DNA from: Octopus vulgaris
Taxonomy: Eukaryota
DNA length: 6,862 nucleotides
Assembly (NCBI GenBank): GCA_951406725.2
Contig: CATOCA020000084.1
Location: 1 to 6,862, forward strand
Direction of reading: 5' to 3'
Positions 1 to 6,862 of the stretch are shown in pieces (position 1 is the first letter of the stretch; every line of letters begins with the position of its first letter). Position numbers and translations under genes: made by a program. The notes beneath the pieces were generated by a model that had not been told where the DNA came from, searched no databases, and saw only the letters and a program-made list of their open reading frames with translations.

Positions 1-2196
<2,196 letters not shown>

Positions 2197-2362
2197 CGTC
2201 CTGTCGAAAGACCCTTGTCCTACGTCCTGGTTTTATTTTGTTGTTTATTCTTTATACTTTATTTTTACCGTTATTGTTTTACGTTTTTGTATTCTTATTG
2301 TTGTCACGTATTCTGTATTTTTGTTCGTGTACTTCTGCTTGTTTTCCGTCCTCGTGTTGTAT

Positions 2363-2510
2363 ACATTCGAAGCTTTCTTCCAGGGTATCTAATGCACTTG
2401 GCTTAGATTTCCCGTGGCGAGGCTGGCCATATCGGAGCAATCTCAAGATTAATCAGCCGAAATTGCTAAGATGATCTGGTTCTTGACTGATGACTGAGGG
2501 CTTCGAATGT
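2363..2510 (+). repeat. Inverted repeat closing a structured RNA domain
   Basis: ACATTCGAAGC (2363-2373) is the exact reverse complement of GCTTCGAATGT (2500-2510). It extends to 15 bp (2363-2377/2496-2510) with two G-U pairs that work only on the + strand RNA. There is an inner hairpin ATCTAA 2387-2392 / TTAGAT 2403-2408 flanked by GGG/CCC. Confidence 0.8.
2436..2497 (+). ncRNA. Candidate non-circularly permuted hammerhead ribozyme
   Basis: AUC triplet 2440-2442, GAAA 2459-2462 and CUGAUGA 2487-2493 are present. Stem III is AGCAAU 2436-2441 / AUUGCU 2462-2467 and stem I is UCAAGA 2443-2448 / UCUUGA 2481-2486, both exactly adjacent to the core. Stem II is ambiguous. Confidence 0.45.
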
Positions 2511-2588
2511 CCCGTCCTGTGGTTCTTGTGTCGTCTCTGTGGCGTTTCATGTTCTTGTCCATGTCTGTAATTATTTTTACTGTTTACC

Positions 2589-3408
<820 letters not shown>

Positions 3409-3412
3409 GTAG

Positions 3413-3464
3413 AGCTTCTAGCAGGACTAGAACTGTTTCATTCAAGAGAAATCTTCAGGAAGCT
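3413..3464 (-). ncRNA. Minimal type I hammerhead ribozyme-like motif
   Basis: Minus strand: AGCUUC-CUGAAGA-U-UUC-ucuu-GAA-U-GAAA-CAG-uucuaguc-CUG-C-UA-GAAGCU. It has a 6-bp stem I, both core boxes, a 3-bp stem II and a 3-bp stem III. Deviations are U.U at 10.1-11.1 and one extra C before UA. Predicted cleavage is between 3419 and 3418. Confidence 0.65.
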
Positions 3465-3487
3465 AGTTAACAAGAATTGTATTGGCA

Positions 3488-3493
3488 TTTATA
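3488..3493 (-). promoter_or_regulatory. TATA-like box upstream of the hammerhead motif
   Basis: TATAAA on the minus strand, 23 nt upstream of HHR stem I (3464). Support is positional only, and the motif is common in AT-rich DNA. Confidence 0.3.
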
Positions 3494-3686
3494 CATTTAG
3501 GCAGGTTTAAAGGGGTGGTGGTGGTGGACTTTTTGGGGGTAGGCATAGTGCAAAATATCATACTTGGGGGAGTGGTCAAGGAGTCAGTGTTAAATTAGAT
3601 AAAAGAATAAATAAAAAAAATAAAAAAATACATATATAAAAAAAAGGATAGAGTTTTAGGTAAATAAGGAGATTCTCACTTATACC

Positions 3687-4588
<902 letters not shown>

Positions 4589-4595
4589 CTAGTTT

Positions 4596-4631
4596 CAGCC
4601 TATGAGCTGTGGCCATGCTGGGGCACCGCCA
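4596..4631 (-). other. Tandem stem-loops in the LINE 3' UTR (probable RT recognition signal)
   Basis: Minus strand UGGC-g-GUGC-ccca-GCAU-g-GCCA (4631-4610) is immediately followed by CAGCU-caua-GGCUG (4609-4596). G-U pairs favour the element sense strand. Confidence 0.6.
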
Positions 4632-4656
4632 TTTGGTGTTGCTACTTGGTTTCACT

Positions 4657-6862
4657 TCATGGAGGCTTTCTAGCAACTGCTATTTGGTGCATGAGAGAGT
4701 TCGATGCAGCTGCCCTCATCTGCACCTCCTGCCGTGAAGTTGGTTCATCTGGGACACCTGACAGGAAGAGATCCAGCTTCATTTTAAAGACATCTGTATC
4801 CACCCCATGCAGGTCTCTCAGGTTCTTCGGGAGGATATTGAAGAGCTGTGGGCCTCGGAAGCCCAGGCTATCACAGAATCTTGTCCTACATCTTGATGGC
4901 AGGTTTGAGTCCTAGGCACCACGCAGTGGCGCCCAGTTCTGGCATTTGCGTAACTCTCGATGCCAAAGTTCAGGACACTTCCCTCCAGGATCTTCCAGAT
5001 GTATATTATGGCATATCTTTCCCGCCTACGCTCCAGGGAATATAATTTTAATCTCTTGAGTCTTTCCCAGTAGCTTACATTCTGCATAGAGGCTATCTTC
5101 TTTGTGTAGCTTCGTTGGATCGCCTCAAGTTCTGTGATCAACTTGACACTGGATGGTGACCATAGCTGAGAGCAATAGTCAAAGTGGCTTAGGACAAGTG
5201 TCTTCCAGAGGACCATCATGGTTTCTTGTTCTCTTGTTCTAAAGGTTCTAAGAATCCATCCAGCCAGCCGTCTACATTTCATTGTCAGTTTAGCAACATG
5301 TACATGAAAGGTCGCGTCATCACTCATGTGAATACCCAGGTCACGCACTGATTGTGCCTCTGGGATTGCAATCCCTCCGGGTCCAGTGTATTCATTGGGT
5401 ATTGCATTCAGTTTTGCATGCTGATAGTATAAAGCTTGAAACTTTCCAGCATTGAACTGCATGCTATTGTTTTTAGCCCACTTGTATATTTCGTCCAGCT
5501 CACATTGCAGGTGTTTAGTGTCCTCAGGGTTCTGTATTGCCTGTGAAACTTTTGTATCGTCTGCATAACTTGTGATCGTGGCTCTCTGCGTGGCTGAGGG
5601 CATGTCTGAGAGGGCCATTATGAACAGTAGTGGTCCCAGAACAGTGCCCTGCGGAACACCGCTCACTATTTGTGTGTTAATGGAGGTGGCCCCATTGGCT
5701 ACTACCACCTGACTTCTATCCTTCAGAAAGTCATGAAGCCATTCTCCCAGTTTTCCAACTATGTTGAGATCACGCAGTTTGTGACATATCATTCCATGAT
5801 CGACTTTATCAAAGGCCTTTGCAAAGTCGAGATATATCACTTCCACATTTGAGTGGTTGAGCAGCCGTTTCAGCACCCAGTCATAGTGTTGTAGGAGCTG
5901 AGTTAAACAGCTTCTCCCTGGTCGGAAACCATGTTGGGTGTCGGGCAGCAAGTCATTCTCTTCAAGGAAGGTGATCAGCTTCCTTCTGACTATTCGTTCC
6001 ATGACCTTGCTGATGTGTGAGGTCAGAGAGATAGGTCTATAGTTCTTGGCTTCCGCTCTGCTACCTCCTTTATGAATGGGGCATATTTTACCTTCCTTCA
6101 GTTTTCCTGGAAGTTTGCCAGCTGCAAGGAAGCTCTGAAAGAGGAACTGCAGTGGTCTTGCTAGGATTCTCTTACATGCTTTTAGGAGGATTGCCGGGAA
6201 TCCATCGGGGCCAGTAGCTGAGTCTGTTTTCATTTCATCTATAGCCTTGGTTACATCGTCTTCCTTTATATCGATGTAATCTATCGTCGCCGCCTCTGAT
6301 TTTATATCTGCAGTGGTAAAAAAGTCAGTTGGATTGGTGATTTGGAGATGCCCAAGGGGTGGAGTGAAAACACTCTTGAATTGCTCATTCAGTATTTCAC
6401 TTACCCTCATTGGTTTTCCTGTAAGTGTGCCATCCTTTTCGAGGAGTGGCCCTATTCTACAGTGCACTGTAGCTGTTTCTTTGGCATACCTGTAGAAAGC
6501 TCTGGGGTTAGATTTTATGTTTTCTATAGCCCAGGCTTCTTTGTCTGCTCTTTCTTTTTCATGGGAGAGTTGCAGACATTTTTCGATTTCCAACAGTTTT
6601 ATTTTTAGGCGGGACTTTTCACTGCTTTCAATCTGTTTGTTTAGGCGATTTGAAAATTTCGTACGCCGTCTCATTAAAATTTTCCTCTCTCTGGGGATTT
6701 TGTTCTTGTGTACAGTGGCCTTTCTCTCTGGGACACATTTGTAGCATATGGCTTGCATTACAGACATGAATTGTTGAAGTTTCACGTCGATGTCTGGCGA
6801 GGAGAGACATTCAGGCCAGTTTTGTTTGAGGATCTCTTTCTCAATTTGTTTCCAGTTTGCCT
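4657..6862 (-). pseudogene. LINE ORF2 (reverse transcriptase), 5'-partial, with one frameshift near 4907
   Basis: The frame is open from the window edge (6860: ANWKQIEKEILKQNWPECLSSPDIDVKLQQF...). RT motifs are TGPDG, NYRPISLTS, QHGFR, YLDFAKAFDKVDH, GVPQGTVLGP and YADD (5556-5567). After RHCVVPRT the LINE-like sequence continues in another frame (NLPSRCRTRFCDSLGFRGPQLFNILPKNLRDLHGVDTDVFKMKLDLFLSGVPDEP...ARKPP) to TGA at 4659-4657. Confidence 0.92.

Larger units (their letters stand above)
2197..2588 (+). mobile_element. Putative non-autonomous retroelement fragment (Penelope pLTR- or retrozyme-like) inserted in (TA)n
   Basis: 392-nt non-coding island with the same TA/TATG array on both sides. 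It has a T-rich 5' part, a strongly self-complementary core (2363-2510) with hammerhead motifs, and a degenerate direct repeat about 299 nt apart (TCGAAAGACCC 2204-2214 vs TCGAATGTCCC 2503-2513). Family assignment is inference. Confidence 0.4.
3409..3686 (-). mobile_element. Putative Penelope-like element pseudo-LTR / 3' terminal fragment
   Basis: The minus strand reads T-rich tract, C-rich tract, TATAAA, hammerhead-like motif, then within 5 nt the TA array. Minimal type I hammerheads in pLTRs are an established Penelope-like element feature. No PLE ORF is present. Confidence 0.5.

Noticed and set aside
2206-2222. Half-hammerhead GAAA-GAC-ccuu-GUC-CUA, echoing the stem III/CUA pattern of the 3413-3464 motif
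   Set aside because: Only 3 bp with no upstream CUGANGA, so it is compatible with chance. Worth rechecking only if the family consensus retains it.
2363-2510. MITE terminal inverted repeats
   Set aside because: The arms are internal to the island, no TSD is evident, and extension relies on G-U pairs, which points to RNA structure.
2487-2512. Conventional linear hammerhead CUGAUGA...CGAAU
   Set aside because: It has GAAU instead of GAAA, no convincing stem II and no downstream stem I partner. The rearranged pairing fits much better.
4818-6785. Track boundaries as the true CDS; retron, group II intron or other prokaryotic RT
   Set aside because: The GTG at 6785 is internal because the frame is open to the window edge, and the 4818 stop follows a frameshift. 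The motifs, C-terminus and tail are those of a CR1-group LINE.

Overview
Eukaryotic, repeat-derived window with no host gene. About 57% is three long (TA)n microsatellite arrays (1-2196, 2589-3408, 3687-4570) whose interruptions are almost all A>G on the + strand. The right third (4570-6862, minus strand) is the 3' part of a young CR1-group LINE. Its ORF2 reverse transcriptase frame runs off the window edge, is broken by one frameshift near 4907, and is followed by a short 3' UTR with two hairpins and an (AATC)n tail abutting the TA array. The most interesting signal is in the two short unique islands between the arrays, each carrying a hammerhead ribozyme (HHR)-like core. Island 2 has a near-canonical minimal type I HHR on the minus strand (3413-3464) behind a TATAAA box, as in Penelope-like pseudo-LTRs. 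Island 1 has all HHR core elements on the + strand (2436-2497), with two perfectly registered 6-bp stems, but in a non-circularly permuted strand order inside a larger folded RNA. The long Y/I-rich ORFs are microsatellite artefacts. The repeat landscape resembles a cephalopod/mollusc genome, which is an impression and not verified. All RNA structures were paired by eye.
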